Part shown: piece after piece, positions 30,812-42,930 of the stretch | How positions within the stretch are numbered: position 1 is the first letter of the stretch | Layout: each line of letters starts with the position of its first letter | From: Lachnospira sp. UBA2821 | GTDB lineage: Bacteria; Bacillota; Clostridia; Lachnospirales; Lachnospiraceae | Direction of reading: 5' to 3' | Assembly: GCA_002351535.1 (NCBI GenBank) | Contig: DEGR01000048.1 | Span: 21,214 to 85,213, forward strand | Length of the DNA stretch: 64,000 bases | Made by a program: the position numbers and the translations under genes | The notes under the pieces: generated by a model | What the model saw: only the letters and a program-made list of their open reading frames with translations | What the model was told of the DNA's origin: nothing | Databases searched by the model: none

Positions 30812-31529
30812 GGTCTCTTCCTCCGAATAGTATAATCAATCTTAAAAGTTGTAATATTGCTGCTGCCGCAGATGCCACATAAGTAAGTGCTGCCGCAAAC
30901 AATACTTTCCTTGTCTGTGCAACTTCCCTGTCAGATAATATACCGACATTTCCAAGAAGCTTAAGTGCTCTTCCTGACGCATTGAATTCTACGGGAAGTG
31001 TCACTATCTGGAATAATACTGCAAGTGAAAAGCAAAGTATTCCAAGTTTGATAAGAAGGTTTGAACCACCTGCCACGATTCCGATTATTATAAGTACCCA
31101 TGATATTGATGAACCAAAATTAGCAGCAGGAACAAGTGCTGACCTTATACTTAAAGGTGCATATCCTTTTGCATGCTGTATCGCATGACCACATTCATGT
31201 GCCGCAACACCAACTGCCGCAACGGACGTGCTGGAGTATGTCGCATCTGACAGGTTAAGTGTCTTATTAGACGGATTATAGTGGTCTGTAAGATTACCTG
31301 CAACATGCTGTATCACAACATCATTTATCCCCTGACTTCTAAGTATTCTCTCTGCCGCCATTGCTCCTGTCATGCCACTTGCACTTCTTACTTTTGAATA
31401 CTTTTTGAATGTTGTATTAACTCCAAGTGACGCAAACACTGACAATAACACACCTATTACTATAAGTATATATGTCGGGTCAAACATATAACCATATCTT
31501 ACAGGTCCATAATACATACCAAGTATCAT
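30804..31529 (-). CDS. Putative neutral zinc metallopeptidase (YugP-like)
   Basis: LTDHYNP, AAHECGHAIQH (HExxH), TLPVEFNAS. Confidence 0.9.
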   Translation of the reverse strand: MILGMYYGPVRYGYMFDPTYILIVIGVLLSVFASLGVNTTFKKYSKVRSASGMTGAMAAERILRSQGINDVVIQHVAGNLTDHYNPSNKTLNLSDATYSSTSVAAVGVAAHECGHAIQHAKGYAPLSIRSALVPAANFGSSISWVLIIIGIVAGGSNLLIKLGILCFSLAVLFQIVTLPVEFNASGRALKLLGNVGILSDREVAQTRKVLFAAALTYVASAAAAILQLLRLIILFGGRDRD

Positions 31530-32452
31530 ACTAACACATCTCCTCTCTCAAGTCTGTATCCTCTTAAGAATACCTCTGAATCCATTCTCTTTTTACCTTC
31601 AAGCTGAAGTTCCCTCACTACAAGACTACCTTTTCCGGTGCTTATAACAAAATGTTCTTTTGTTACTTCTGTTATCTCACCGGGCTTTCCGTCTGTACTG
31701 TCAATGACATCTGCCGACCATATCTTTATTGTTTTACCATTCAATGAAGAGTATGCACTTGGCCATGGATTTAATCCACGGATAAGTCTTTCTATTTCCA
31801 CGGCTGACTTGCTAAAATCAATCTTTCCTAACTTTTTATCCAGCATTTTCGCATAATTCGAGCGGCTGTCATCCTGCTTTGTATATGTTGCCTCGCCTGA
31901 TTCTATCTTCTTAAGTGTTTCTACTATAAGCTCTCCGCCTGCCTTTGATAACTTATCGTGAAGACTTCCTCCTGTCTCTTTCTCATCAATCGGCAGAACT
32001 TTAGTCATTATCATATCTCCGGTGTCAAGTCCCTCGTTCATCTGCATAGTCGTTACGCCGGTCTCTTTCTCACCGTCAATAATTACCCATTGTATAGGTG
32101 CAGCACCTCTGTATTTCGGAAGGAGTGATGCATGAATATTGATGCATCCGTACTTAGGAATATCCAATATTGCTTTTGGAAGAATCTGTCCAAATGCGAC
32201 AACAACCATAACATCCGGATTAATATCCCTTAATATATTTACAAATTCTTCATCTCTTACTTTTACAGGCTGATATACCGGTATACCAAGTTCCATAGCC
32301 GCTTCTTTCACCGGTGTGTACTGCACCGCCTTTCCTCTTCCCTTAGGTTTGTCAGGCTGTGTAACTACTGCCGCTATCTCATGCCCTGCTTTATGCAATT
32401 CCTGCAACGCCGATACCGAAAAGTCCGGCGTTCCCATAAATACTATCTTCAT
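31526..32452 (-). CDS. fmt: Methionyl-tRNA formyltransferase
   Basis: MKIVFMGTPDF, NIHASLLPKYRGAAPIQW. Confidence 0.97.
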   Translation of the reverse strand: MKIVFMGTPDFSVSALQELHKAGHEIAAVVTQPDKPKGRGKAVQYTPVKEAAMELGIPVYQPVKVRDEEFVNILRDINPDVMVVVAFGQILPKAILDIPKYGCINIHASLLPKYRGAAPIQWVIIDGEKETGVTTMQMNEGLDTGDMIMTKVLPIDEKETGGSLHDKLSKAGGELIVETLKKIESGEATYTKQDDSRSNYAKMLDKKLGKIDFSKSAVEIERLIRGLNPWPSAYSSLNGKTIKIWSADVIDSTDGKPGEITEVTKEHFVISTGKGSLVVRELQLEGKKRMDSEVFLRGYRLERGDVLV

Positions 32453-32484
32453 ACATGGCTCCTTTCTGAAAATATATTAATTAT

Positions 32485-32979
32485 TTACGCCTCTTCGAGT
32501 TCCTCGGAACTTAAAAGCTCGCCTTCTACCTTACTTACATACAATATTCCATCGAGATGGTCACATTCATGACATATTGCTCTTGCCATAAGTTCTGTTC
32601 CCTCTATCTCATATTCCTCCATATTTTCATCAAATGCAACCGCCTTAACATAGTCAGGTCTTGTTACTACACCCGCTTTTCCCGGAACACTTAAGCATCC
32701 TTCATTACCCGTCTGACTACCTGAAGTCTCGATAATTCTTGGATTAATCATTACAACAGGACCTTCACCTATATCTATTACTACTATTCTCTTCAGTACT
32801 CCAACCTGAGGTGCTGCAAGTCCAACCCCATTTGCCTCATACATTGTATCTAACATATCATCAATGAGGTCTTTTGTCCTGTCATTAACTTCTTTAACCT
32901 CCCTGCATGTCTTTGTTAATATTTCGTCTCCAATTTCTCTGATATTTCTAATTGCCATATTTTTCTCCTTAATCTGCAT
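32485..32979 (-). CDS. def: Peptide deformylase
   Basis: [25 protein letters not shown]; likely start 32958. Confidence 0.97.
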   Translation of the reverse strand: MQIKEKNMAIRNIREIGDEILTKTCREVKEVNDRTKDLIDDMLDTMYEANGVGLAAPQVGVLKRIVVIDIGEGPVVMINPRIIETSGSQTGNEGCLSVPGKAGVVTRPDYVKAVAFDENMEEYEIEGTELMARAICHECDHLDGILYVSKVEGELLSSEELEEA

Positions 32980-32988
32980 CTTTTTAAA

Positions 32989-35235
32989 CTAATAATTATT
33001 TAACGGTGTAAAATCAAACTGTACACTTAATTTATCTTTATATATCGGAATCATGTCAATGTATCTCTCGACTCCATTCTTGACATATACAAGTTTATCA
33101 TATTCTTTATGTTTTATATATATAACATATCTGTATATATCATTTATCTTTGATATAACAGCTTCTGATGCACCTATAACCATCAATCCGTCAATATTAC
33201 TCCTGTCTATTCTTCCTGATATATCTCTTGCAGCTTCACCGCATAACCTCCTGTCATCAGATGTTATTAGAATTGCTGCCATATTATATACCGGCGGATA
33301 GCACATAAGCTTTCTGTACAAAATCTCGTGTTCATAATACTTTATATAATCCTGTGTAGCAGCATATACTATACTATATTCCTCCGGATTATATGTCTGT
33401 ATGACAACTTCACCGGGTTCTGTTCCTCTTCCTGCACGCCCTGCGGCCTGTGTAAGAAGTTCAAATGTCCTTTCTGATGCCCTGTAATCTGCTGTGTAAA
33501 GCGACATATCAGCAGCAATTACACCTACAAGTGTAACGTTCGGAAAATCATGTCCTTTCACTATCATCTGTGTTCCTACAAGAATGTCCGCCTCCTGATT
33601 GGAAAATGCATTAAGAATCTTTTCATGTCCGCCTTTTGACGATGTTGTATCCATATCCATTCTTAATACTCTGGCTTCGTTAAACATTTCCTTTATTCTT
33701 TTCTCTACAGACTCGGTTCCGATTCCAAACTGTCCAAGATACTTAGAACCACATTCGGGACATTTCTTCATTGCATTTATCTCATATCCGCAGTAATGAC
33801 ACTTGAGATACTCTCTCTGTCCATATTTGTGATATGTCAGAGACACGTCACAATGCGGACACTTTATAACCTTTCCACATTCCCTGCATGACACAAATCC
33901 TGCATATCCCCTTCTATTAACGAACAGCATAATCTGCTGTCTTTTCTTTAATCTGTCATCTATAAGTTCTTTAAGTGTGTTACTGAATATCGTTCTGTTA
34001 CCTGCCTTAAGCTCTTCTCTCATGTCGACTATATGAGCCTTAGGCATAGGTCTTTCCTTAACTCTGGTATCCATCATATGAAGCATATATTCATTATTCT
34101 TTGCTTTATAAAATGAATCTACCGATGGTGTTGCTGAACCTAAAATCACAGTTGCATCAGTAAGCGCAGCCCTCATTATGGCAGTCTCTCTTGCATGATA
34201 CTTTGGAACACTGTCGCTTTTATATGCACTTTCATGCTCCTCATCTATAACTATAAGCCCGACATTTGAAAAAGGTGTGAACAAAGCTGACCTTGGTCCA
34301 ATCATAATGCTTATTTTTCCTTCTTTAGCTCTCCTGAACTGGTCGTAACGTTCTCCTGCTGACATTTTTGAATTGATAATAGACACCTTATCGCCAAACC
34401 TGTTATAGAATCTTTTTATATTCTGATATGTTAGTGCAATTTCCGGAATAAGAACAATTGCCTGCTTTCCCTGCGAAACAACATTCGCAATACATTCCAT
34501 ATACACTTCTGTCTTTCCGCTTCCGGTTACACCTAATATAAGGTGTGTTCTTGCACCATTCTTTTTGTTCATCTCACCTACAATCGAATCAACTACATTT
34601 TTCTGTTGTTCATTCAATTCTAAATACATATCTTTCTTTTCAAGATTACTAAAAGGATTTCTATATAATGTATCTTTTCTGATTTGAATTATATTATTTT
34701 CATGTAATGTATTTATTACACTTTTGGATACACCAAGTTTTGATAATACCAATTCTTCCGGCATTTCCTTCTGGACGGACAATTCCTCTAATAGTCTTAC
34801 TCTGGATTTCATTCTTTTATCATTTGAGTATTTCCCGATAAGTGCTTTTAATGTTTCTTCATCAACATTCAGAGAAATATAATCCTTAGTAACCGGCTTA
34901 ATCTCACGGCTTACCGGAATTACTGTCTTTAGTGCCCTGTTCATGGTAGAGCCATAGTTTTCCTTAATCCATGCAGCCATTTTAATCATCTGCGATTCAA
35001 TCGGAATACTTCCCTCAACAATACTGTCTATATATTTCATCTTGCTGACATCATATTCCGGAACTGATGTTTTCTCTACAACATAGCCTTTTATTATTCT
35101 GTTGCCACGCCCAAAAGGCACACATACCTGCACACCCGGCTTTATACTATCACGCAGATGTTCAGGTATAATGTACTGAAATGTTTTATCTAATTTTTCA
35201 TGAGTTATATCTATTATAACATCTGCAAATTCCAT
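32989..35235 (-). CDS. priA: Primosomal protein N'
   Basis: GVTGSGKTEVY, DEEHE, ATPS, Cys-cluster, QAAGRAGR. Confidence 0.97.
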   Translation of the reverse strand: MEFADVIIDITHEKLDKTFQYIIPEHLRDSIKPGVQVCVPFGRGNRIIKGYVVEKTSVPEYDVSKMKYIDSIVEGSIPIESQMIKMAAWIKENYGSTMNRALKTVIPVSREIKPVTKDYISLNVDEETLKALIGKYSNDKRMKSRVRLLEELSVQKEMPEELVLSKLGVSKSVINTLHENNIIQIRKDTLYRNPFSNLEKKDMYLELNEQQKNVVDSIVGEMNKKNGARTHLILGVTGSGKTEVYMECIANVVSQGKQAIVLIPEIALTYQNIKRFYNRFGDKVSIINSKMSAGERYDQFRRAKEGKISIMIGPRSALFTPFSNVGLIVIDEEHESAYKSDSVPKYHARETAIMRAALTDATVILGSATPSVDSFYKAKNNEYMLHMMDTRVKERPMPKAHIVDMREELKAGNRTIFSNTLKELIDDRLKKRQQIMLFVNRRGYAGFVSCRECGKVIKCPHCDVSLTYHKYGQREYLKCHYCGYEINAMKKCPECGSKYLGQFGIGTESVEKRIKEMFNEARVLRMDMDTTSSKGGHEKILNAFSNQEADILVGTQMIVKGHDFPNVTLVGVIAADMSLYTADYRASERTFELLTQAAGRAGRGTEPGEVVIQTYNPEEYSIVYAATQDYIKYYEHEILYRKLMCYPPVYNMAAILITSDDRRLCGEAARDISGRIDRSNIDGLMVIGASEAVISKINDIYRYVIYIKHKEYDKLVYVKNGVERYIDMIPIYKDKLSVQFDFTPLNNY

Positions 35236-35237
35236 AC

Positions 35238-36086
35238 TTATTCTTTCACTAAACCGACACTTGATACACAGTTTGACATAAGCATTGCTATAGTCATAGG
35301 TCCTACGCCGCCCGGTACAGGTGTTATTGCACTTACTTTGTCTACTACAGAGTCATAATCCACATCACCACATAATTTGTTATTTTCATTTCTGTGAATT
35401 CCTACATCTATAACAACAGCCCCCTCTTTTACATAGTCAGCATTAATAAACTTAGGTTTTCCGATAGCTACCACAAGTATATCAGCTCGCTTTGCAACTT
35501 CCATAAGGTCTTTTGTTCTGGAATGTGCGACTGTAACTGTACCATTTTCCCTGAGAAGTAACATTGCCATAGGCTTTCCAACTATATTACTTCTTCCGAT
35601 AACAACACACTCTTTTCCTGCTATGTCTATATCACTTCTCTTTAGAAGTTCTATAATTCCCGCAGGTGTACATGATACAAACCCTTTTTTGCCGATAGAA
35701 AGCGCACCTACACTCATCGGATGGAATCCATCCACGTCCTTTAATGGTGATATAGCTTCTATAACTTTATCTTCGTTAATGTGTTCAGGAAGTGGCAGCT
35801 GTACAAGTATTCCATTCACATCTTCTCTGTTATTAAGTTCTTCAATAATATCAAGAAGCTCTTTCTCTGATATGTTTTCATCAAGCTCATATGCAAGCGA
35901 CCTGATTCCAATAAACTCACATGCCTTTTTCTTATTGTTAACATACACTGATGATGCAGGGTCATTACCAACCTGAATAACTGCAAGTGTAATGTCGATA
36001 CCCTTTTCTTTGTATTCCTTAACTTTAACTTTTAACTCTTCCTTAATTTCTGCAGAAATCTTTTTTCCATCTATTATCTTTGCCAT
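35238..36086 (-). CDS. folD: Methylenetetrahydrofolate dehydrogenase/cyclohydrolase
   Basis: [41 protein letters not shown]. Confidence 0.97.
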   Translation of the reverse strand: MAKIIDGKKISAEIKEELKVKVKEYKEKGIDITLAVIQVGNDPASSVYVNNKKKACEFIGIRSLAYELDENISEKELLDIIEELNNREDVNGILVQLPLPEHINEDKVIEAISPLKDVDGFHPMSVGALSIGKKGFVSCTPAGIIELLKRSDIDIAGKECVVIGRSNIVGKPMAMLLLRENGTVTVAHSRTKDLMEVAKRADILVVAIGKPKFINADYVKEGAVVIDVGIHRNENNKLCGDVDYDSVVDKVSAITPVPGGVGPMTIAMLMSNCVSSVGLVKE

Positions 36087-37564
36087 TATTTTAATTCCTC
36101 CAGTATTTCATTTATTATGACTCTTTCATCAAATGGATGTCTCTCTCCATTAATTTCCTGATAATCTTCATGCCCTTTTCCACATAAAAGAACAATATCA
36201 CCATCCTCAGCATTTTCAATGCAATACTTAATTGCTTCTTTTCTGTCAGGAATTACAACATATTTTCCTGTTGTCTTATGCATCCCGACTTTTATATCTT
36301 CAATGATATCCATTACATTTTCGTATCTTGAATTGTCCGCTGTTATTACTGACAGGTCAGCATATTTTCCTGATATCTCGCCCATCTCATATCTTCTTAA
36401 CTTAGAGCGGTTACCTCCGCATCCAAACAGACACACCATTCTCTTAGGCTTGTAAGCCCGGATTGTGGTAAGGAGACTCTCAAGACTCATTGCATTGTGA
36501 GCATAATCTATAAGAAGATTAAATCTATCAGATATTTTAACCGGCTCAACTCTTCCCCTGACAGCTACATGTAAAAGAGCTTCTTTAATGTTATCAGGTT
36601 CAGCCCCAAGTAACTTAGTTACCGCTATTGCTGCCATTGCGTTATATGCTGAGAACTTACCCGGTGTATTTACCTTGAATTTTGTCTTTGCAATCCCAAG
36701 CTTTTCACTCTCTACATCCATATTTATTCCTATGAATCCCGGCTCCATGAGGTACTCAACGTCACTGCCTTTGAGGTCTGCATTTTCGTCAAAACCATAT
36801 GTGAATTTCTCACATGTTGCACCCTGCATCATATCTTTCGCATGCTCATCATCTATATTAAATATTCCATATCTGCTCTGTCTGAATAAAAGACTCTTAC
36901 AATGAATATATTCTGCCATATCTGCATGTTCATTTTCACCGATATGGTCAGGTGAAAGATTTGTATATATTCCATAATCAAACTGAATTCCTGCTGTTCT
37001 GTTCAGCTTAAGTGCCTGTGAAGACACTTCCATTACTGCCACCTGACAGTGTGCTTTAACCATCTCATTAAGATACATATGAATATCGTATGACTCCGGT
37101 GTTGTATTGTGTGTTTCAATATGCTTCCCATCCATAAAGACACCCATTGTACCGATTACACCGACTTTTATACCATGATTCTCAAGTATTGACTTAATCA
37201 TAAATGTAGTTGTTGTCTTACCTTTAGTTCCGGTGAGACCCACCACCGTAAGTTTTTCTGCCGGATTGTCAAATAACTGTGCAGCAATCAGGGATAATGC
37301 TATTCTCGCATCGCTGACTTTTATGTAAGTTACTCCGTCCGCATATTCCACTTCATGCTCTACTACAATAACCTTCGTTCCATTCTTTATGGCACTGTCA
37401 ATATAGTCATGACCATCGGCCTGCGCCCCCGGTATACATACAAACACTGTCTCATCTTTTGCTTTTCTGGAATCATATACTATATCTGTTATGTCAGTAT
37501 CTGTACTTCCAGCCAGAATTTCGTATTCTATATTTTGTAATATTTTATCAAGTTTCATACGCAT
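36086..37564 (-). CDS. murE: UDP-MurNAc-dipeptide:meso-DAP ligase
   Basis: [25 protein letters not shown] (DNPR variant), GKGHE. Confidence 0.92.
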   Translation of the reverse strand: MRMKLDKILQNIEYEILAGSTDTDITDIVYDSRKAKDETVFVCIPGAQADGHDYIDSAIKNGTKVIVVEHEVEYADGVTYIKVSDARIALSLIAAQLFDNPAEKLTVVGLTGTKGKTTTTFMIKSILENHGIKVGVIGTMGVFMDGKHIETHNTTPESYDIHMYLNEMVKAHCQVAVMEVSSQALKLNRTAGIQFDYGIYTNLSPDHIGENEHADMAEYIHCKSLLFRQSRYGIFNIDDEHAKDMMQGATCEKFTYGFDENADLKGSDVEYLMEPGFIGINMDVESEKLGIAKTKFKVNTPGKFSAYNAMAAIAVTKLLGAEPDNIKEALLHVAVRGRVEPVKISDRFNLLIDYAHNAMSLESLLTTIRAYKPKRMVCLFGCGGNRSKLRRYEMGEISGKYADLSVITADNSRYENVMDIIEDIKVGMHKTTGKYVVIPDRKEAIKYCIENAEDGDIVLLCGKGHEDYQEINGERHPFDERVIINEILEELK

Positions 37565-37578
37565 TTTCCTTTCCGGTG

Positions 37579-38430
37579 TTATTCTTCTATCTCTCCATCA
37601 AATACATGGGTTGCAGTTCCCTTCATAATAACTCTTCCATCACTAAGATATGTGTCTTTCAATTCCCCTCCGCGTATCTTAATTGTCACCTCTTCATCTC
37701 TTCTGCAATATCCGTTTAATACTGCTGCCACAGTCACGGCACATGTTCCGGTACCACATGACATTGTCTCTCCTGAACCACGCTCCCATACTCTCATTTT
37801 AAGAGTATGTTCATCTATGACTTCAACAAACTCCGTATTTATCTGTTCAGGAAATAATTCATGATGTTCAAAAAGAGGTCCTATTTTATCCAGTTCCATA
37901 TCATCTATTCCGGTTGTAAATATTACTGCGTGCGGATTACCCATTGAAACACATGTAACCTCATATTCTTTGCCGTCAACTGTCATCTTTCTATTTATAA
38001 ATGTATCTGCACCATCATTAACAGGTATATCCTCAGGCTTTATAACAGCCACTCCCATATCTACCGATACATATGTTACTTTGCCATCCTCAATAGTAAG
38101 TTTAAGTGTCTTCACGCCACTTTTTGTTTCTACTGTAATAATATCTTTTGATACAAGCCCATGCTCATAAGAATACTTTGCCACACATCTTATGCCATTG
38201 CCACACATCATTCCTTCAGAGCCATCAGCATTATACATTTTCATCCGTACATCTGCTACATCTGAAGGACATATAAGAATAAGTCCGTCAGAGCCTATTC
38301 CAAAATGTCTGTCACTAACTTTTATTGATAACTTCTCCGGATTGTCTACTTTCTGTTCAAAACAGTTGACATATACATAATCATTTCCGGTTCCATGCAT
38401 TTTACTGAATTTCAACATACTAATCCCCAT
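37579..38430 (-). CDS. dapF: Diaminopimelate epimerase
   Basis: KMHGTGND, MCGNGIRC, SMGNPH, WERGSGETMSCGTG. Confidence 0.96.
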   Translation of the reverse strand: MGISMLKFSKMHGTGNDYVYVNCFEQKVDNPEKLSIKVSDRHFGIGSDGLILICPSDVADVRMKMYNADGSEGMMCGNGIRCVAKYSYEHGLVSKDIITVETKSGVKTLKLTIEDGKVTYVSVDMGVAVIKPEDIPVNDGADTFINRKMTVDGKEYEVTCVSMGNPHAVIFTTGIDDMELDKIGPLFEHHELFPEQINTEFVEVIDEHTLKMRVWERGSGETMSCGTGTCAVTVAAVLNGYCRRDEEVTIKIRGGELKDTYLSDGRVIMKGTATHVFDGEIEE

Positions 38431-38433
38431 TTC

Positions 38434-40104
38434 TTAGAATAAGCCTGTGATTTTGCCATTATCATCAACATCTATATTGTATGCCGCAGGCATCTTAGGC
38501 AGACCCGGCATAGTCATAATCGCACCTGTCACAGCCACTACGAATCCTGCACCTGCCGATACATATACCTCTCTTACATTTATCTTGAATCCCGTCGGTC
38601 TTCCAAGCTTTGTCTGGTCATCAGATAATGAATACTGTGTCTTTGCCATACATACCGGAACATTAGAAAATCCAAGTTCTGTAATCTTTGCAAGTGCTTT
38701 CTTGGCTGCAGGTGAATATGTTACACCATCTGCTCCGTATATCTTTGTTGCTATAGTATCTATCTTATCCTCAAGACTCATATCGTCAGGATAAAGTGGT
38801 GCATAATTACTTTCTTTATTCTCAATTGTCTCAAGTACTTTATTAGCGAGTTCTATTCCGCCTTCGCCGCCTTTTTCCCATACTTTTGCCAATGCAAATT
38901 CGCAATTTCTGTCCTTGCAGAATTTCTCAACAAACTGTATTTCTTCATCTGTATCTGTAATAAATGAGTTAAGTGTAACTACCACAGGCACACCGAATAG
39001 CTGAAGATTCTCAATATGCTTTTCAAGATTCACAATACCTTTTTTGAGTGCTTCAAGATTCTCTGCACTAAGTTCTGTCTTAGGAACTCCACCGTTATAT
39101 TTTAATGCTCTTATTGTTGCAACAAGGACTACTGCCGATGGCTTAAGTCCTGCCATACGACATTTAATATCAAGAAACTTCTCTGCTCCTAAATCTGCTC
39201 CGAATCCTGCCTCTGTAACAACATAATCAGCCATCTTAAGTGCTGTCTTTGTTGCTCTTACTGAGTTACATCCATGTGCAATATTGGCAAATGGTCCGCC
39301 ATGCACAAGAGCCGGTGTGTGCTCGAGTGTCTGAATCATGTTTGGCTTAATGGCATCTTTTAACAGTGCTGCCATGGCACCCACTGCATTTAACTGTCCT
39401 GCCGTAACAGGTTCACCATCTACATTATATGCAACAATTATCTTAGAGAGTCTTTCTTTTAAATCTTTCATATCATTTGCAAGACATAATATAGCCATTA
39501 TCTCTGATGCAACTGTTATTACAAAATGGTCTTCTCTTACATATCCGTCCATCTTTGAACCAAGACCTACAACGATGTTTCTGAGCACGCGGTCATTCAT
39601 GTCCTCACATCTTTTCCATACAATCTGTCTTGTATCGATATTAAGCTTATTTCCCTGCTGGATGTGGTTGTCAAGGAGTGCTGCCAAAAGGTTATTTGCC
39701 GATGTTATAGCATGAAAATCTCCTGTAAAATGAAGATTTAAGTCTTCCATAGGTACCACCTGAGCATATCCGCCACCTGCTGCTCCGCCTTTAATTCCAA
39801 AACATGGTCCCAAAGAAGGCTCTCTAAGCGCAATAATGGCTTTTTTATTAAGTCTGCCAAGTGCCTCTCCAAGCCCTACTGTTACGGTTGTCTTTCCCTC
39901 TCCTGCCGGTGTAGGATTGATAGCAGTTACAAGTATAAGCTTTCCGTCTTCATTGGACTCAATGCTTTTCATATACTCATCCGTAAGTTTTGCCTTATAT
40001 TTTCCATAAAGTTCTAAATCATCTTCCTTTAAACCAATCCCGGCTGCTACTTCTTTAATTGGGAGCATTACTGCTTCCTGTGCGATTTCAATATCTGTTT
40101 TCAT
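38434..40104 (-). CDS. fhs: Formate--tetrahydrofolate ligase
   Basis: [41 protein letters not shown]. Confidence 0.97.
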   Translation of the reverse strand: MKTDIEIAQEAVMLPIKEVAAGIGLKEDDLELYGKYKAKLTDEYMKSIESNEDGKLILVTAINPTPAGEGKTTVTVGLGEALGRLNKKAIIALREPSLGPCFGIKGGAAGGGYAQVVPMEDLNLHFTGDFHAITSANNLLAALLDNHIQQGNKLNIDTRQIVWKRCEDMNDRVLRNIVVGLGSKMDGYVREDHFVITVASEIMAILCLANDMKDLKERLSKIIVAYNVDGEPVTAGQLNAVGAMAALLKDAIKPNMIQTLEHTPALVHGGPFANIAHGCNSVRATKTALKMADYVVTEAGFGADLGAEKFLDIKCRMAGLKPSAVVLVATIRALKYNGGVPKTELSAENLEALKKGIVNLEKHIENLQLFGVPVVVTLNSFITDTDEEIQFVEKFCKDRNCEFALAKVWEKGGEGGIELANKVLETIENKESNYAPLYPDDMSLEDKIDTIATKIYGADGVTYSPAAKKALAKITELGFSNVPVCMAKTQYSLSDDQTKLGRPTGFKINVREVYVSAGAGFVVAVTGAIMTMPGLPKMPAAYNIDVDDNGKITGLF

Positions 40105-40140
40105 TATTTTACCTCTCTTTATATATATTTATATTAGTAA

Positions 40141-42888
40141 CTATTTGTTATCATTATTCTTAAGGTACTCTTCAAACTGCTCTAATGTCATCAATACCTT
40201 TCTTGGCTTAGTTCCATCTTCTTCACCTACTACTCCCGCCTGTTCAAGTTGGTCAATGATTCTTGCTGCCCTGTTAAATCCAACTCTGAACATTCGCTGT
40301 ATCATACTTGTAGAACCTTTGCCTTTTTCTATAACGAATTTTCCCGCCTCTGCAAAATATGCATCAACAGCACTCTCATCTTCATTTGCACCCTGACTGT
40401 CATTGCCCTGGACAGACACTATAGGCTGATTCGTAATGTCTTCATTATACTCTATCTTCTCAGTATGTGATACTATAAATTCAACTACCGACTGTACTTC
40501 GCTGTCCGATACAAATGCTCCCTGTACACGTACAGGTTTCACATATCCCGACGGATAGAAAAGCATGTCCCCATTTCCAAGAAGTTTCTCTGCACCATTT
40601 ATATCAATAATGGTTCTTGAGTCAACTCCCGACGACACCAGTAAAGCAACCCTTGATGGTATGTTTGCTTTAATAAGTCCTGTTACAACATCTACGGAAG
40701 GTCTCTGTGTTGCAATTACAAGATGTATTCCGGCAGCCCTTGCTAACTGTGCAAGACGGCATATATATGTCTCTACCTCCTTTGCCGCAACCATCATAAG
40801 GTCCGCAAGTTCGTCGATTATAATAAGAATCTGTGACATTCTCTCAGGTCTTTCTTCGCTTTCTTTTAACTCAACCTTTTCTATTTTTTCATTATATCCC
40901 TTAACATCTCTTACACCATATTTGGCAAATTCCTCATACCTTCTTGTCATCTCAGATGCTGCCCATGCAAGCGCTCCTGCAGCTTTCTTCGGGTCTGTTA
41001 CAACCGGTGTCAATAAATGTGGTATTCCATTGTAAACTCCAAATTCAACTACCTTTGGGTCTACTATAAGAAGTTTTACTTCATTTGGGTCTACCCTGAA
41101 CAGAATACTCATTATAATGGAATTGGTAAAGACTGATTTTCCTGAACCTGTCGTACCCGCTATAAGCATATGAGGCATCTTTGCTATATCCGCCACAATA
41201 ACATTTCCTGCTATATCCTTACCTGCAGCAAATGCAAGCTTTGAAGGATGATTCATAAGCTCATCTGATTCTATAAGGTCTCTTAGAAATACCGGTTCTC
41301 TCTTATCATTAGGCACTTCTATTCCAACCGCCGCCTTTCCCGGTATCGGTGCTTCTATTCTTATATCTGCTGCTGCAAGATTAAGCTTTATATCATCTGT
41401 AAGTGCTGTTATCTTGCTGACCTTCGTTCCCATTTCCGGCTGAATCTCGTATCTCGTAACGGATGGTCCTCTGCTTTCATTAGTTACTGTGACATTTACG
41501 CCGAAATTCTTAAGAATTTCTTCAAGCTTTAATGCCGTTTCGCTAAGTCCCTGTGTCTGTGGTCTCTTTGAAGCCACACCCTTTTTTAACAGGCTGAGAG
41601 GTGGGAATTCGTAACGGTATACTTCATTATCAGCATTCTTCTTCTCAACAACTCTTCCCTTCTCGGGTGGAGACGTCACTCCCTCGCTCATATCAGCCTG
41701 AGTTCTCTCTACACCTTTATTTGCAGGAGCAGGCGGAACATTAGTAAATGGTTTCCTGTCCATTACGGCTTTTGCGGATTTACTTACCTGAATCTTCTCT
41801 TTAGGTGTAAACACTTCATTTTCATCCGCTTCATTGTTTATTGGTGAATTTTTCTCAACAGTTGAAGTGTTGGATTTTTTATTTGAAACAGGTTTTGTGT
41901 ATGTAACAGCTTCTCTTAATGCACCCTCATTATTCTCAACTCTGTTATTCTCAACTCTGTTATTCTCAACTCTGTTGTTCTCAACCTTATCATTCTCAAC
42001 TTTATTATTCTCACCTTTAATGACTATTCCATTAGGAAACTCCTCATGTATTTCATGAAGTCCTTCATCCTGTCTGTTAGGATTAATCAATTGTAAATCC
42101 GTCGCAACTCCTGACACTTTATGTTTTTTATTTCTGCGTATGTCCCTGTCATTTCTTATAATATCACTCTCACGCTGCATACGCTTTATATTGCCTTTGG
42201 TTGCTTTATATCCCGACTTAATTCCGCCAACCAGTGACCTCTCTGTTATAAGTATAATACATATTAATGATAAGAATAATATAAAAACATAAGCTCCTAC
42301 TATTCCTATTATTCCCGACGTTCCTACTGCTATTAAACCGCCGGTAATTCCACCTCCTGCCCTTCTCGTAGAACAGACACTATAAAAATCTATATTATCT
42401 GTACCACTATAAACAAGCTGTGCCAACGCACACATCAGTAAAAACAGTAGTATTCCTGACACAAGCTTTACAGGCATTTTTGAATTGCCAAAATTAACTA
42501 TAAAGAATATATATCCGATGAAAAGAGCAATCGGAAATATGTATGCCAGAATTCCAAACATTCCAAACATAATATTTCCCAATACTTTTCCAAGTTTTCC
42601 CATCACACCAAAATTACTGAGTTCAAGCATTACGGCAATCGCAAATGACACCCATAATTTTATCTCTATATGAAGTCTCGCCTCTTTGGCAGAAACAATT
42701 CTTTCATATTTAATATCATGACTGTTATTTGTATTTTTCTTAGTTTTCTGCCTTGTCTGTGACTTTGCCGGTGTTTTTGAGGATGTTGCAGTCTTTCTAC
42801 CCGTATTCTTTGCAGTTTTACCGGAAGATGTATTACCTTTTTTAGTTGAAGTATTTGACTTTTTTTTCTGTGTTCCAGCCATCTTCAA
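40141..42888 (-). CDS. ftsK: DNA translocase FtsK/SpoIIIE
   Basis: N-terminal TM block, linker, AGTTGSGKS, DELADLM, gamma domain GFNRAARI. Confidence 0.96.
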   Translation of the reverse strand: MKMAGTQKKKSNTSTKKGNTSSGKTAKNTGRKTATSSKTPAKSQTRQKTKKNTNNSHDIKYERIVSAKEARLHIEIKLWVSFAIAVMLELSNFGVMGKLGKVLGNIMFGMFGILAYIFPIALFIGYIFFIVNFGNSKMPVKLVSGILLFLLMCALAQLVYSGTDNIDFYSVCSTRRAGGGITGGLIAVGTSGIIGIVGAYVFILFLSLICIILITERSLVGGIKSGYKATKGNIKRMQRESDIIRNDRDIRRNKKHKVSGVATDLQLINPNRQDEGLHEIHEEFPNGIVIKGENNKVENDKVENNRVENNRVENNRVENNEGALREAVTYTKPVSNKKSNTSTVEKNSPINNEADENEVFTPKEKIQVSKSAKAVMDRKPFTNVPPAPANKGVERTQADMSEGVTSPPEKGRVVEKKNADNEVYRYEFPPLSLLKKGVASKRPQTQGLSETALKLEEILKNFGVNVTVTNESRGPSVTRYEIQPEMGTKVSKITALTDDIKLNLAAADIRIEAPIPGKAAVGIEVPNDKREPVFLRDLIESDELMNHPSKLAFAAGKDIAGNVIVADIAKMPHMLIAGTTGSGKSVFTNSIIMSILFRVDPNEVKLLIVDPKVVEFGVYNGIPHLLTPVVTDPKKAAGALAWAASEMTRRYEEFAKYGVRDVKGYNEKIEKVELKESEERPERMSQILIIIDELADLMMVAAKEVETYICRLAQLARAAGIHLVIATQRPSVDVVTGLIKANIPSRVALLVSSGVDSRTIIDINGAEKLLGNGDMLFYPSGYVKPVRVQGAFVSDSEVQSVVEFIVSHTEKIEYNEDITNQPIVSVQGNDSQGANEDESAVDAYFAEAGKFVIEKGKGSTSMIQRMFRVGFNRAARIIDQLEQAGVVGEEDGTKPRKVLMTLEQFEEYLKNNDNK
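41930..42014. repeat. 15-bp in-frame tandem repeat (about 5-6 copies) in ftsK linker
   Basis: ttattctcaactctg units encoding ENNKV/ENDKV/ENNRV x3. Confidence 0.9.
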
Positions 42889-42930
42889 GTAACCGTTTCC
42901 TTTCTATGTTGCAATCTCAATTTCACACCA

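Noticed and set aside
41930-42014. Tandem repeat considered as a mini CRISPR array
   Set aside because: Units are contiguous with no unique spacers, are in frame within ftsK, and no cas genes are present.
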